A DNA stretch of 64,000 bases from Eubacteriales bacterium. Its GTDB lineage: Bacteria > Bacillota > Clostridia > Oscillospirales > QAKW01. The stretch lies in the NCBI GenBank assembly GCA_045546995.1, contig JAZQDW010000071.1:13105-77104 (forward strand), in the 5' to 3' direction. The position numbers were made by a program, and so were the translations under genes. A model generated the notes under the pieces. It did no database searches. It saw nothing but the letters and a program-made list of their open reading frames with translations, and was not told the origin of the DNA. Below are positions 27,747 through 38,400 of the stretch, piece after piece (the first letter of the stretch is position 1; the number at the start of each line of letters is the position of its first letter).

Positions 27747-28228
27747 CCACAGCTATTTGTCCCGGCTCGTTCGACCCGGTTACTTTGGGTCATCTGGATA
27801 TCATCCATCGGGCGGCGGGAATGTTTGATCAGGTGATCGTGGCAGTGCTGTGCAATTCAAAGAAGCATCCGTCATTTACGGTGGAGGAGCGGATGGAGAT
27901 GATCCGCCGTGTCACCGGGGATCTGCCCAATGTGGAGGTGGCGACCTTTGACGGTCTGCTGGCCGATTATGCCAAAATGCGGCAGGCAACGGTACTGGTC
28001 AAGGGATTGCGCGCCGTCAGCGACTTTGAATATGAATTTCAGATGGCACTGGCCAACCGTAAGCTGAATCCCGATTTGGAGACGGTATTTATCACCACCA
28101 AGGCGGAAAATATGTATCTGGCCTCCTCACTTGTTAAGGAAATCGCGCGCAACGGCGGCAGTATTGATGATTTCGTCCCTGTCGAGCTGCGCGATGAAAT
28201 ACAAAAAAGATTATGTAAAGGGGAATAA
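27743..28228 (+). CDS. coaD: Phosphopantetheine adenylyltransferase
   Basis: PGSFDPVTLGH, GLRAVSDFEYE, SSLVKE. Confidence 0.97.
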   Translation: MTTAICPGSFDPVTLGHLDIIHRAAGMFDQVIVAVLCNSKKHPSFTVEERMEMIRRVTGDLPNVEVATFDGLLADYAKMRQATVLVKGLRAVSDFEYEFQMALANRKLNPDLETVFITTKAENMYLASSLVKEIARNGGSIDDFVPVELRDEIQKRLCKGE

Positions 28229-28230
28229 TA

Positions 28231-28701
28231 ATGAATAATTTTGAAGAAATCATCAACGCTATGGAAGACATGGTGGAAAATTCCTGGTCTGTTCCGTTGT
28301 CCGGCGGTAAAAGTGTTATCGATTCCGAAAAAATTCTTGAGTTTATCGATGATATGCGTACTGCACTGCCCGAGGAACTCAAGCGTTCCCGTCAGATCAT
28401 CGCTCAGCGTGACGATGTGATCAGCCGCGCCCGTAACGAGGCTGAGGCCATCATTGCCGCCGCCAATGCGCAGGCGCAGAAAATGGTCAGCTCCCAGGAG
28501 GTATATCGCCTGGCACAGCAAAAAGCCAATGAGATCGTCACCGACGCACAGAATAAATCCCGTGAAATGGCCGCTTCCGTTGCCAACTATTGCGACAGTA
28601 TGCTCGAGCAGTGCGAGAGCACGCTGACCACCGCCGCCAATGAGGTGGGCGCCAACGTTGCCGCCATCCGTGAGACCCGTAAGAATCTGAAGAAAAGATA
28701 A
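28231..28701 (+). CDS. Conserved coiled-coil protein typically found after coaD
   Basis: VPLSGGK..ID...LPEEL motif and coiled coil. Confidence 0.75.
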   Translation: MNNFEEIINAMEDMVENSWSVPLSGGKSVIDSEKILEFIDDMRTALPEELKRSRQIIAQRDDVISRARNEAEAIIAAANAQAQKMVSSQEVYRLAQQKANEIVTDAQNKSREMAASVANYCDSMLEQCESTLTTAANEVGANVAAIRETRKNLKKR

Positions 28702-28751
28702 ATCTTAAAATTAAAAAGGGTGTACCTGACGGTACACCCTTTTTAATTTTG

Positions 28752-28880
28752 TCAGCAACCGCAGTCACAACCGCAATCGTTGCCGTTTTCGCTACAACCG
28801 CCGTTGCACAAAAAGATCAGCATCAGGATGATGATGGCGATCAATACCCAATTTTCGTCAAAGCAATTACACAAAGACAT
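28752..28880 (-). CDS. 42-aa Cys/Gly-rich single-TM peptide (MSLCNCFDENWVLIAIIILMLIFLCNGGCSENGNDCGCDCGC)
   Basis: GGAGGTG RBS, clean ORF, shared terminator hairpin at 28714-28744, sigK-like promoter upstream. Confidence 0.75.
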   Translation of the reverse strand: MSLCNCFDENWVLIAIIILMLIFLCNGGCSENGNDCGCDCGC

Positions 28881-28936
28881 TTCTCTTCACCTCCGCCCTT
28901 CGTCTTACTTCATCTTATGCGGCGGCGCAAAATGTG

Positions 28937-29227
28937 TTACAGCAGGACAAACAGCAATACGCTGATCCCCACCAACAGTGAGATGGTGATGCTGATGGTC
29001 AATATGGGCACCCAGTTGTGTGGCAAACGACGGCGGGATAGTAACACAGGAAAACTGTTTTCACGAATGATCCGCTCTGCTTCCTGCAGGATCTCTCCGT
29101 CACCCACGACGATGGATTGATCGTGCTTTAAAATAAAGATCGCCTGTTCGTACATGGGGCTGTTGGGATTGGTCAAGATCACCGCCTGCTTGGCCGAGCC
29201 TTTCAGCTTATTGTTTTTTGTACTCAT
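28937..29227 (-). CDS. Small hypothetical protein with C-terminal TM
   Basis: GGAGG RBS; KG..KQ..IL...S..YEQAIFILK pattern; overlaps the end of spoIIE. Confidence 0.65.
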   Translation of the reverse strand: MSTKNNKLKGSAKQAVILTNPNSPMYEQAIFILKHDQSIVVGDGEILQEAERIIRENSFPVLLSRRRLPHNWVPILTISITISLLVGISVLLFVLL

Positions 29228-31049
29228 ATTCTTCCTCCCGATGTTTACAAATTTTTGCGATGAGAATGGTGATGTCATCCTCGGCTTGTCCCGTTTCACT
29301 CAGCGTGACCTGCAGTAGGATCTGCGCCAACTGCTGTAAGGGCGCAAAGCGGTGCCGTTGTAAGGCGTAGAGGATCTCGTCCTTGCGCTCGTAGGCACCA
29401 TCGGAGATCAACAAGAGCAAATCGTTTTCCTGTAATTGCTCGGTGCGCACGGCCACGTCCGGCTCCTCTGCGGCGCCCAGCGGCATGGATATACCGCATA
29501 CCTCCATAATTTTCTCGTCTCGCAGAATGAAGGTTGAAACGGCGCCGGCCTTGATAAATCGGGCGCGACCGCTCAATAGATCAATGGAACAAAGATCGGC
29601 GGTGGCAAAGGCGACGTCCTGCTGTGCCAGCTTGAGGGATGAATGGACCATACCGATGGCGCCTTCGGCATTCATGCCGGCGCGCAACAGCTTTTGCAGC
29701 AGATTGACCGTTTGCCGACTTTGCACAAAGGCGTTTTGCCCGCTGCCCATACCGTCACTCAGTAACAGAATATAATGGCGTTGATCACTGCTGAAGGCTA
29801 TGGCGCTGTCTCCGCAAACGGTTTCACCCTCTTTGGTTTTGCAAAGAGCGGCGCATCTGACGGTGAGGGGCGGCCGCCGCACAAAACAGGCAAAAATCTT
29901 GTCGTTTTCCGTGTAATACTTGTCGGCCGCCAGGGCAAATCCGCTGGCGCGCTCCATCAATCCCAATACGGCGCCGGCCGGCAGGGGGACGGTACCTTTA
30001 TTAAATGAAATGTCCAGAAAAAATCCCCCCAGCAGATCTTTGGCGCAGGTGGTCTGTACGTCGGTAGCACCGCTTTCTGTCAAAAGGGCGGCGGCGCGGG
30101 CGGCGATCTCCGGATAAAAATCGATCCGTTGCTCGGCAGAACGTTGTAACTGCTCAACCCGCTCTACCATCGTGCGGTATTGTTCGTTGAGGGGCTGTCG
30201 GGATAGGCGAGGCGCTTGGTCTTTTTCGGGCAAGAGCATATACACGCCCGCCGATAGGGGCGGTATCAGCAACAGCAACAGCTGGTCCACCCACGCACCG
30301 GTAGGAAGCAACGCCAGTTCACTGCACAACAGCATTGCACCGGTATAGCGTTTCTTGCCAAATCGCGCCATGACGCAAACCGCCGCTGTGGCGCCCAGAT
30401 AAACAGACAGCAGATGCGTTTGTTGTCCGATGAGAGCGGCGGCCACCGAGCATAGAACGCCGCCCAACGCCCCTTGCCACAGTTGCAATCTGCCACAATA
30501 CAGAATGAGCAGTAATGCGGTGAAAATCAATGGTAGCTCGTCCAGCGCCGGGCAGCTGCAGACAGTCAGCAGGGCCAGACCTAACAGTAACCGATTACAC
30601 AGCGAAAGGATATGACGCTCCTGCTTGGTTGGGATGTGTATCGTGGCAAAGAATAAAACGCATCCGCTGAGCAATGCATTGCACCCGCCCAACAGCAAAC
30701 TGACGGCCTCCTGTCCCGTTATGAAGAATACAAGCAGTTGATAAACCATCATAATACTAATCAGTCCGGCCGGCGGCAGATTGCCTTTTTTGCGGCTGAA
30801 CAGGCCCCGTAACAGGTAAATAAGGAGCAGTACGGGCAGCAGGTCAAACTGCTTTGCCAGCAGACAGCCACCGACCTGACCGAGGAGGACGGCGTGTACG
30901 GAAAGTTGAGGTGTACCGCCGCCGGCGGCTAATACGGGCGCGCCTAAATATAATAATTCATACGGCTTGTCCGCAACGCTCAACGCTCCCAACGTCGCTG
31001 ACAGCAGTAAACGGAGTGTTACCCGTATGGAATGGAGAAGTGCGTTCAT
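29208..31049 (-). CDS. spoIIE: Stage II sporulation protein E-like membrane PP2C phosphatase
   Basis: Multi-TM N-terminus; CGDS, LSDGMGSG, FATADL, KAGA, ISDG, DDIT PP2C motifs. Confidence 0.8.
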   Translation of the reverse strand: MNALLHSIRVTLRLLLSATLGALSVADKPYELLYLGAPVLAAGGGTPQLSVHAVLLGQVGGCLLAKQFDLLPVLLLIYLLRGLFSRKKGNLPPAGLISIMMVYQLLVFFITGQEAVSLLLGGCNALLSGCVLFFATIHIPTKQERHILSLCNRLLLGLALLTVCSCPALDELPLIFTALLLILYCGRLQLWQGALGGVLCSVAAALIGQQTHLLSVYLGATAAVCVMARFGKKRYTGAMLLCSELALLPTGAWVDQLLLLLIPPLSAGVYMLLPEKDQAPRLSRQPLNEQYRTMVERVEQLQRSAEQRIDFYPEIAARAAALLTESGATDVQTTCAKDLLGGFFLDISFNKGTVPLPAGAVLGLMERASGFALAADKYYTENDKIFACFVRRPPLTVRCAALCKTKEGETVCGDSAIAFSSDQRHYILLLSDGMGSGQNAFVQSRQTVNLLQKLLRAGMNAEGAIGMVHSSLKLAQQDVAFATADLCSIDLLSGRARFIKAGAVSTFILRDEKIMEVCGISMPLGAAEEPDVAVRTEQLQENDLLLLISDGAYERKDEILYALQRHRFAPLQQLAQILLQVTLSETGQAEDDITILIAKICKHREEEYEYKKQ

Positions 31050-31235
31050 GGTAATTCCTTTCTTTCTGAGTAGGTTAAAAAGTGAAGGGAACTGCCGCCG
31101 ACGATTCTCCGAAAAGCGTTGAAATGATACGATTTCAGGTATGTTCGGATCCCCCTCCACTACGTATGCTTTAGATTGTAACAAACTACAAACGGCTCAT
31201 TTTGTCACATTGTGCGGTGTGATGCAAAATAAAAC

Positions 31236-31310
31236 AGTTGCAAATGCAACTGTTTTTATTGACAAGATGACTCATCTGCCGTATACTGAAATAAAGTTGC
31301 AAACGCAACT
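31236..31310 (+). promoter_or_regulatory. sigma-A promoter bracketed by two MarR-type operators
   Basis: TTGACA(31259)-17-TATACT(31282); palindromes AGTTGCAAATGCAACT 31236-31251 and AGTTGCAAACGCAACT 31295-31310. Confidence 0.8.
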
Positions 31311-31333
31311 AAATTGAAAAGGCAGGGATCGTT

Positions 31334-31756
31334 ATGCGATTTATTTCCGGTTATATCAGCGTGTTGCACCGTTATGCCCAGCAGTTTTTTAATCGCTGGG
31401 AGGGGGAGACGGGCATCCGCGGTGTGCAATATCCGTATTTGTTTTACCTTTGTCGTCACGAGGGATGTCGTCAGGACGACCTGGCCGAGCATCTCCACGT
31501 TAACAAAAGCAACGTAACCCGTCAGCTGGACAAGCTGCAACAAAACGGGTTTATCGAAATTCGCCCGGACGAGCGTGACGGGCGGGGCAACTGTGTCTAT
31601 CCCACCGAGAAGGCTTTGATGAGCCGCGAGAAGGTGCGGGGCATCCTTGAACAATGGAATGACGTACTGTGCGCCGGTCTGACCGAGGAAGAGACAACAC
31701 AGCTGAAAACATTGCTTGACAAGGCGTTAAGTGGAATTAAGGCGAGGGAAGAATAA
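31334..31756 (+). CDS. MarR family regulator
   Basis: Q..LA..LHVNKSNVTR...D.RDGR wHTH. Confidence 0.9.
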   Translation: MRFISGYISVLHRYAQQFFNRWEGETGIRGVQYPYLFYLCRHEGCRQDDLAEHLHVNKSNVTRQLDKLQQNGFIEIRPDERDGRGNCVYPTEKALMSREKVRGILEQWNDVLCAGLTEEETTQLKTLLDKALSGIKAREE

Positions 31757-33498
31757 TGAAAATGTTACTTCATTATCTGGTGCCCGTCCGTTGGCGGATC
31801 GCCCTGGGCGTCAGTATAAAATTCATAGGTTCCATCGTGGAACTGTTTTTGCCGTCGTTGCTTGCATATCTGCTGGACGTGGTGGTACCGGCGGCAAAAA
31901 CAGACGGGGGAATGGGAGAGATCTTCTTTTACAGCTTTTTGATGCTGTTGTGCGCCGGCGTGGCGTGGGTGGCCAATATCACGGCCAACCGTATGGCGGC
32001 TTCCAGCACCCGTGATGCGGTGCAGACAATGCGGCAGGATTTGTTTGAAAAGACCATCCGTTTGTCGGATGCCCGTATCAACGCCTTTTCGATTCCCACG
32101 CTGGAAATGCGCCTGACGGGAGATACTTATAATATTCACCGTATGGTGGGGATGATGCAACGTATGGGGATCCGCGCGCCTATTTTGCTCATCGGCGGTA
32201 TCATTATGACGGGCATTATGGAGCCGGTGTTGACCTTGATCTTGCTGGCGGTATTGCCCCTGATCGTGCTGGTGATTACCGGTGTTACCCGCAAGGGCGT
32301 ACCGTTGTATGATTTTTTGCAGCAAAAAACGGATGATATGGTACGGATCGTACGGGAAAATATCACCGGTATCCGCGTGGTAAAGGCCCTTTCTAAAACC
32401 ACCTACGAAAAAACTCGGTTTGAGCAGGTCAATACCTCTGTCAGTGATGCCGAAACGGATGCGGGCGTGACCATGGCGCTGACCAATCCGGTGATGAGTT
32501 TTTTGCTTAACGGCGGCCTGACCTTCGTGATTTTGGCCGGCGCTTACCGTATCAACGCCGGTCTGACGATGCCGGGCACCATTATTGCTTTTATGAGTTA
32601 CTTTACCATTATCCTTAATGCGATGATGGCGGTTACCCGTATGTTTATTATGTGCTCCAAGGGACTTGCCTCCGCCAATCGTATCGCAGAGGTACTGGAG
32701 ACGGAATCTGAAATGAAAGAGCTGGCCGCCCACGGCAACGGCGAGACGCGGGAGGGGATGCTGGTCTTTGAAAACGTCAGCTTTTCCTATAACGGCCGCA
32801 GAAACAATCTGGAGGATATTTCCTTCTCTCTGCCTCGCGGCGGCACCTTGGGCATCATCGGCGCCACCGGTAGCGGTAAAAGCACGCTGGTCAAGCTGAT
32901 TATGCGGTTTTACGACGCCGGTGAGGGAACGGTATTCATCGACGGTAAGGACGTGCGGGACATTCCGCTGGAAGAGTTGCGAAAGATGTTCGGCGTGGCC
33001 ATGCAAAACGACTTTCTGTATGCCGACACCATTGCGGATAATATCCGTTTTGAGAGGGATCTGGATGAGATGCATTTGGCGGCGGCAGCCGAAATGGCGC
33101 AGGCAGCCGACTTTATCGCTGAACGTCCGGAGGGCTTCGAGGATAAACTGACGCAATCGGGACACAATCTGTCCGGCGGTCAGCGTCAGCGCTTGCTGGT
33201 GGCCCGTGCCCTGGCGGCAGATCCGCAGATATTGATCCTGGACGATTCTTCCTCGGCGCTGGATTATCGCACCGATGCGGCGATGCGTACAGCCATCCGT
33301 AATATGAAACACAGCCCCACCACCGTGGTGGTTGCACAACGGGTCAGCTCGGTGATGAACAGCGATCTGATCCTGGTGCTGGAGGACGGTAAGGCCGTGG
33401 CGCAGGGCACTCATCGTGAATTGATGCAACACTGTGAGATCTATCGTGAGATCGCACAGACACAGATGGGAGGTGAGCGCCTTGGCAGCACCTGTTAA
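31756..33498 (+). CDS. ABC exporter, fused permease/ATPase (subunit 1 of heterodimer)
   Basis: 6 TM; GATGSGKS; LSGGQRQR; degenerate Walker B LDDS. Confidence 0.93.
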   Translation: MKMLLHYLVPVRWRIALGVSIKFIGSIVELFLPSLLAYLLDVVVPAAKTDGGMGEIFFYSFLMLLCAGVAWVANITANRMAASSTRDAVQTMRQDLFEKTIRLSDARINAFSIPTLEMRLTGDTYNIHRMVGMMQRMGIRAPILLIGGIIMTGIMEPVLTLILLAVLPLIVLVITGVTRKGVPLYDFLQQKTDDMVRIVRENITGIRVVKALSKTTYEKTRFEQVNTSVSDAETDAGVTMALTNPVMSFLLNGGLTFVILAGAYRINAGLTMPGTIIAFMSYFTIILNAMMAVTRMFIMCSKGLASANRIAEVLETESEMKELAAHGNGETREGMLVFENVSFSYNGRRNNLEDISFSLPRGGTLGIIGATGSGKSTLVKLIMRFYDAGEGTVFIDGKDVRDIPLEELRKMFGVAMQNDFLYADTIADNIRFERDLDEMHLAAAAEMAQAADFIAERPEGFEDKLTQSGHNLSGGQRQRLLVARALAADPQILILDDSSSALDYRTDAAMRTAIRNMKHSPTTVVVAQRVSSVMNSDLILVLEDGKAVAQGTHRELMQHCEIYREIAQTQMGGERLGSTC

Positions 33499-35278
33499 GA
33501 TCGGCAAAATGGCCCTGGGTGAAAAAGAGCCTGTTTCGATGAAACGCCAGGCCAAGGTGCTGTTGCGCCTATGGAAATATCTGGCAAAATTTAAAGGTAC
33601 GCTGGTGGCGGCCGCCATTATGACGGTTTTGTCCAATCTGTTGGCGCTGGTCGGCCCCCGCCTCAGCGGCGCGGCGGTGGACGCTATGGCCGGCGGCACC
33701 GGTCAGGTCATGTTTCAAAAGGTATTTGTTTTTTGCGGCTTGATGCTGGTATTTTATCTGGTCAGCGCGGTGTTTAGCTATTTTCTGAATATTATGATGA
33801 TCCGTCTCGGTAAAAAGGTGGCCAAGGATATGCGCAAGGATCTCTTTGACCATCTGATGGAATTGCCGGTGGGATATTTTGACAATTATCAGGTGGGTGA
33901 TATCATCAACCGTATTTCCTACGATATTGATACCATCAACGCCTCGCTGTCTACCGATTTCGTACAGATCTGCGCCAGTGTGATTACTGTGCTGGGATCG
34001 CTGATCATGATGATCACCATCTCACCGATTCTGGTACTGGTGTTCGTCATCACCATTCCGCTGACCATCTGGTTTACCAAGTATCGCGCCACCCGTGTTC
34101 GTCCGCTGTTCCGTAAGCGGAGTGAGGCATTGGGAGAACTCAACGGCTATGTAGAGGAAATTCTTTCCGGCCAAAGCACCGTCAAGGCCTACGGCCGGGA
34201 AAATCGGATGAGCAAACGCTTTGCCCGTCGGAATGAGGAATCCGTGCAGGCTTATTATGAGGCGGAATATCAAGGCTCCATTGCCGGCCCCAGTATTATG
34301 ATGATCAACAATCTGTCGCTGGCACTGGTCAGCTCACTGGGAGCATTTCTGTATTTTAACAATATGATATCTTTGGGAGATATTTCCTCTTTTGTGCTGT
34401 ATTCCCGTCGGTTTTCCGGTCCGATCAATGAATTTGCCAATATTATCAGCGAATTGCAGTCGGCCACGACGGCGGCGGAACGTGTATTCCGCCTGCTGGA
34501 CGAATTGCCGGAGCAGGCAGACGTGGAGGGCGCCATCGCCCTGCAACAGGTCAAGGGAAGAGTGGAAATGCGTCACGTTTCGTTCGGTTACGACGAGGAA
34601 CGTACCATTTTGCACGATCTATCCTTCATTGCAAAGCCGGGTGATGTATTTGCCATCGTCGGGCCCACCGGCGCCGGCAAAACTACTATTATCAATCTTT
34701 TGATGCGTTTTTATGACGTGCAGTCGGGAGAGGTGCTTATCGACGGCCATCCCATTACGCAAATCACCCGAAACTCGCTGCGCGCGGCGTACAGTATGGT
34801 GTTGCAGGATACGTGGCTGTTCGGTGGCACGATTCGGGAAAATATCGCCTACGGTCGGGAGGATGCCACCGATGAGGAGATCGTTGAGGCTGCCAAAGCG
34901 GCGCATATCCATTCTTTTATAGAGAGTCTGCCGGAGGGCTATGATACGGTGCTGACGGATGACGGCATCAATATTTCCAAGGGACAAAAACAACTGTTGA
35001 CCATTGCGCGTGCGATGCTGTCCCGTGCTCCGATGCTGATTCTGGACGAGGCCACCTCCAACGTCGACTCCCGTACCGAGCAGATCATTCAGGACGCTAT
35101 GCGTCGGCTGATGGAGGGGAAGACCTGCTTTGTCATTGCCCATCGTCTGTCCACCGTCCGTGGCGCGGATAATATTTTGGTTTTGCGGGACGGAGACATC
35201 GTTGAACAGGGCACGCACGATGCCTTGATGGAAAAAGGTGGGTTTTACCGCAAATTGTACGACGCGCAATTTGAATAA
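33482..35278 (+). CDS. ABC exporter, fused permease/ATPase (subunit 2)
   Basis: GPTGAGKT; ISKGQKQ; LDEATS; IAHRLST; TTG start after GGAGGTG. Confidence 0.93.
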   Translation: MAAPVKIGKMALGEKEPVSMKRQAKVLLRLWKYLAKFKGTLVAAAIMTVLSNLLALVGPRLSGAAVDAMAGGTGQVMFQKVFVFCGLMLVFYLVSAVFSYFLNIMMIRLGKKVAKDMRKDLFDHLMELPVGYFDNYQVGDIINRISYDIDTINASLSTDFVQICASVITVLGSLIMMITISPILVLVFVITIPLTIWFTKYRATRVRPLFRKRSEALGELNGYVEEILSGQSTVKAYGRENRMSKRFARRNEESVQAYYEAEYQGSIAGPSIMMINNLSLALVSSLGAFLYFNNMISLGDISSFVLYSRRFSGPINEFANIISELQSATTAAERVFRLLDELPEQADVEGAIALQQVKGRVEMRHVSFGYDEERTILHDLSFIAKPGDVFAIVGPTGAGKTTIINLLMRFYDVQSGEVLIDGHPITQITRNSLRAAYSMVLQDTWLFGGTIRENIAYGREDATDEEIVEAAKAAHIHSFIESLPEGYDTVLTDDGINISKGQKQLLTIARAMLSRAPMLILDEATSNVDSRTEQIIQDAMRRLMEGKTCFVIAHRLSTVRGADNILVLRDGDIVEQGTHDALMEKGGFYRKLYDAQFE

Positions 35279-35451
35279 AATATCGGCAACCTATACAAAA
35301 AATGCGGCACTTTTTTGGACAAAGTGCCGCATTATTTTTTTCTCCATTTATTATCTTGACAAAACAAGGTATATTACTATATAATTTATTATAAATAATA
35401 GGCATATTATGCCCATTTTTGAATTTTCGCAGAGAAGAGGAGAAACACATC

Positions 35452-38400
35452 ATGAAAAACTTTAAACGTGTAATCTCTGTAGCCCTGTGCGCACTGCTGA
35501 TGGTCAGCATGCTGGCAACCTGCCAGATCAGCTTTACCTTCGCAGCCTCGGCAGACGGCTACACCTACGTCGTTGATAGTGTAACGGAAACCGTTACCGT
35601 CACGGGGTATGAGGGAACCGAAGTGGAATTGACCATTCCCGGGACCATCGATGGCAAATCGGTTACCGCCATTGCCGCTGATGCTTTCCGCAACAACAGC
35701 ACGGTGACTTCCGTCACGGTGCCCGCTTCGGTAAAGACCGTTGGCGATTCCGCCTTCCGCAACTGTGCCAAGTTGGTCGCTGTGACTATGCCTTCCGGTA
35801 ACTATACGCTGGGTCACGCTGTATTTGCAAATGACGTTTCCCTGCAGGTATTGGATCTGGGTAAGGCAACCGAGACCGGTATCGGCGTATTGAGCGGTTG
35901 TAATGCGCTGACCACCCTGAGCATTAACGCAATGAGAGAGCCCATCAACGGTGCCGGTACCATTGCATTGCTCTTTGATGGTAATGCCACGCCCGCCAAC
36001 CCCGGTATCCCCGCCACGCTGGAGACCATCGTTGTCACCAATGACGGCAATATTCCTGCCAACGCCTTTAAAGGTGTTTCCGGACTGAAGAGCATTACCT
36101 TTGCCAAGAAGATCACCGCTGTCGGTGATTCCGCCTTTGAGGGCTGTGCAGTTCTGTCTGCCATTACCGGTACCATTGCCGGCCCCATCGGCAACAAGGC
36201 CTTCTACGGCTGTAAGGCTTTGACTGCCATCGATCTGAGCAATGCCGGCGTTGAAAAAATCGGTGCTTCCGCCTTTGAAGGTTGTGTTGCTTTGGCCGAC
36301 ATTAACGTTAGTGACAGTCTGAAATATGTTGACAAGAACGCCGTTAAGGATACCAAGTGGCTCAGCCAGCAGAGCGAATATGCCCTGCTCGGTCAGGTCT
36401 TCGTTGCTTATTGCGGTACGAAGAGCGAGCTGGTTCTGCCCGCCGCGGCAAAGTATGTTGCCAACAGCGCTCTGGAAAACAACAACACCGCTGAGACCGT
36501 AGAATTCCCCGGCACGGTTGAGTACATCGGTACCAACGTACTGAAGGGTTCTGCCGTCGTTGCGGTAACCATTCCTTTCCTTGGCGCGTTCGCCAACGAT
36601 ACCGAAACTGCTTTCATTTCTTACCTGTTCGGCGGTGCCGGCTCTGACGAAAATGGTAAGGTTTTGCCGGAATGCCTGCTGCAGGTCAAATTGACCGGCG
36701 GTACCGAAATTCCTGCCGATGCCTTCGCCGATTGTAAGAATCTGATGTATATCTACATCCCCGAAACCGTCACCAAGATCGGCGCCCGCGCTCTGGCCAA
36801 TTGTACTGCGCTGAACACGCTGTACTATAAGGCTGTCAGCGCCACTGTTGATTCTACCGCATTAAACGGCACCGCCGTTGACGTTGTTGAATTCGGTAGC
36901 AAGGTAGAGGTGATTCCCACCTATCTTTGCACCGCCAACTCCAAACTGTTGATGGTTAAGATTCCCAAGTCTGTCAAGACGATCGAGACCAGAGCTTTTG
37001 CCGGTTGCTACAACCTGGCAAACGTAACCTTTGATGCTGAAAATTGTACCTCGGTTGCAAGCGACGCTTTCGATTATTGCCACAAACTGGAAGAGATCTC
37101 CCTGACTGACAGAGTTGAGTACATTCCTGCCAACCTGTTCGTTCAGTACGGCAGCAGCGATCTGGAAGAGATCACCATTCCTGCCGCCGTTACTGAAATT
37201 GCCGCAGGCGCTTTCAAAAACTGTGTTTCTCTGAAAACTGTTAATTTTCTGGCCGCGAACTGTGTGATCGGTGATGATGCATTTTCAGCTTGCGCCAAAC
37301 TGACCACTATTAATATCGGCGATAACGTTACCACCATTCCCACCAACCTGTTCACCAACAGCACAGCCGTCAAGAAGGTAAACGTTCCCGCACAGATCAC
37401 TCGCATTGAGGACTATGCTTTCAAGGGCTGCACCGCTTTGGAAGAGATCACCGTTCCCGACGGCCTGCGCTCCATCGGCAAGGCTGTTTTGACCGGCTCC
37501 CTGTGGTATGACAATCAGCCTGACGGCCCGGTTTACCTGGGTAAGATCTTCTATGGATACAAGGGCACTATGAGCGATGACGCTCTGACTCTGTTGGATG
37601 GCACCGTTGCTATTGCGGACGGCGCTTTGGAAGGCAATGGCGCTTTGCAGACGCTGACCATCCCCGGTAGTGTTGAACATATCGGTAAGGATGCGTTGGC
37701 AATGACCAACACTTCCATCATCAACAACAGCGGCTCCAAGGTGGTTGCTGATTATGCAACGGAAAACGAGATCCCCGTTCTGACTACCTGCGCTCACGCT
37801 GATGCGTATTATGTAATTGTTGAAGAGGCTACTGCCACCGCTGTGGGTCAGCTGGATGTTTACTGCAGAGACTGCGGCGAGAAGTTTGCTAAGGAAACTT
37901 ATGCTACCGAGGAAGATCTTCTCTTTATGTGGATCCTCAAGAGCAAACCCACCTGCACCGTTCCCGGCGTTCTGGAAATGAACACCGGCGCCGGCGCCCC
38001 CATGCTTAACACCCTGCCTGCCACCGGTCACCTCTTCACCACTGCCAAGGTTACCGTTGCTCCCACCTGCAACTCTCTCGGAGTGACCAACGTTTTCTGT
38101 GATGATTGCGGCGTACAGTTGGAAGGTCAGGCCGGCACCGTTCCCATGCTGGCACACACTCCCGGTGAATGGGTCAAGGTTCGCCTGCCCCGTACCTACT
38201 GCACCGGTTTGAATTCTGTTCTGTGCACCGTTTGCGGCGCCACCGTTCAGAACAAGGTTCTGCCCAAACTGAAAGAGGGTAACCCCTTGGCCGGCATCGT
38301 CGACGTTACCGAGGAAGACTGGTACAGGGAAACCGTTATCTTCGTTATGAACAATAACCTGTTCAGCGGTATGAATGAAAACTATTTCGCTCCCGACGAT

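Noticed and set aside
31765-33699. Long antisense ORFs (also 20942-22585, 37285-38880, 52198-53829, 56144-57643, 43980-45392)
   Set aside because: They are shadow frames of well-supported genes, with no motifs or RBS and composition explained by codon bias.
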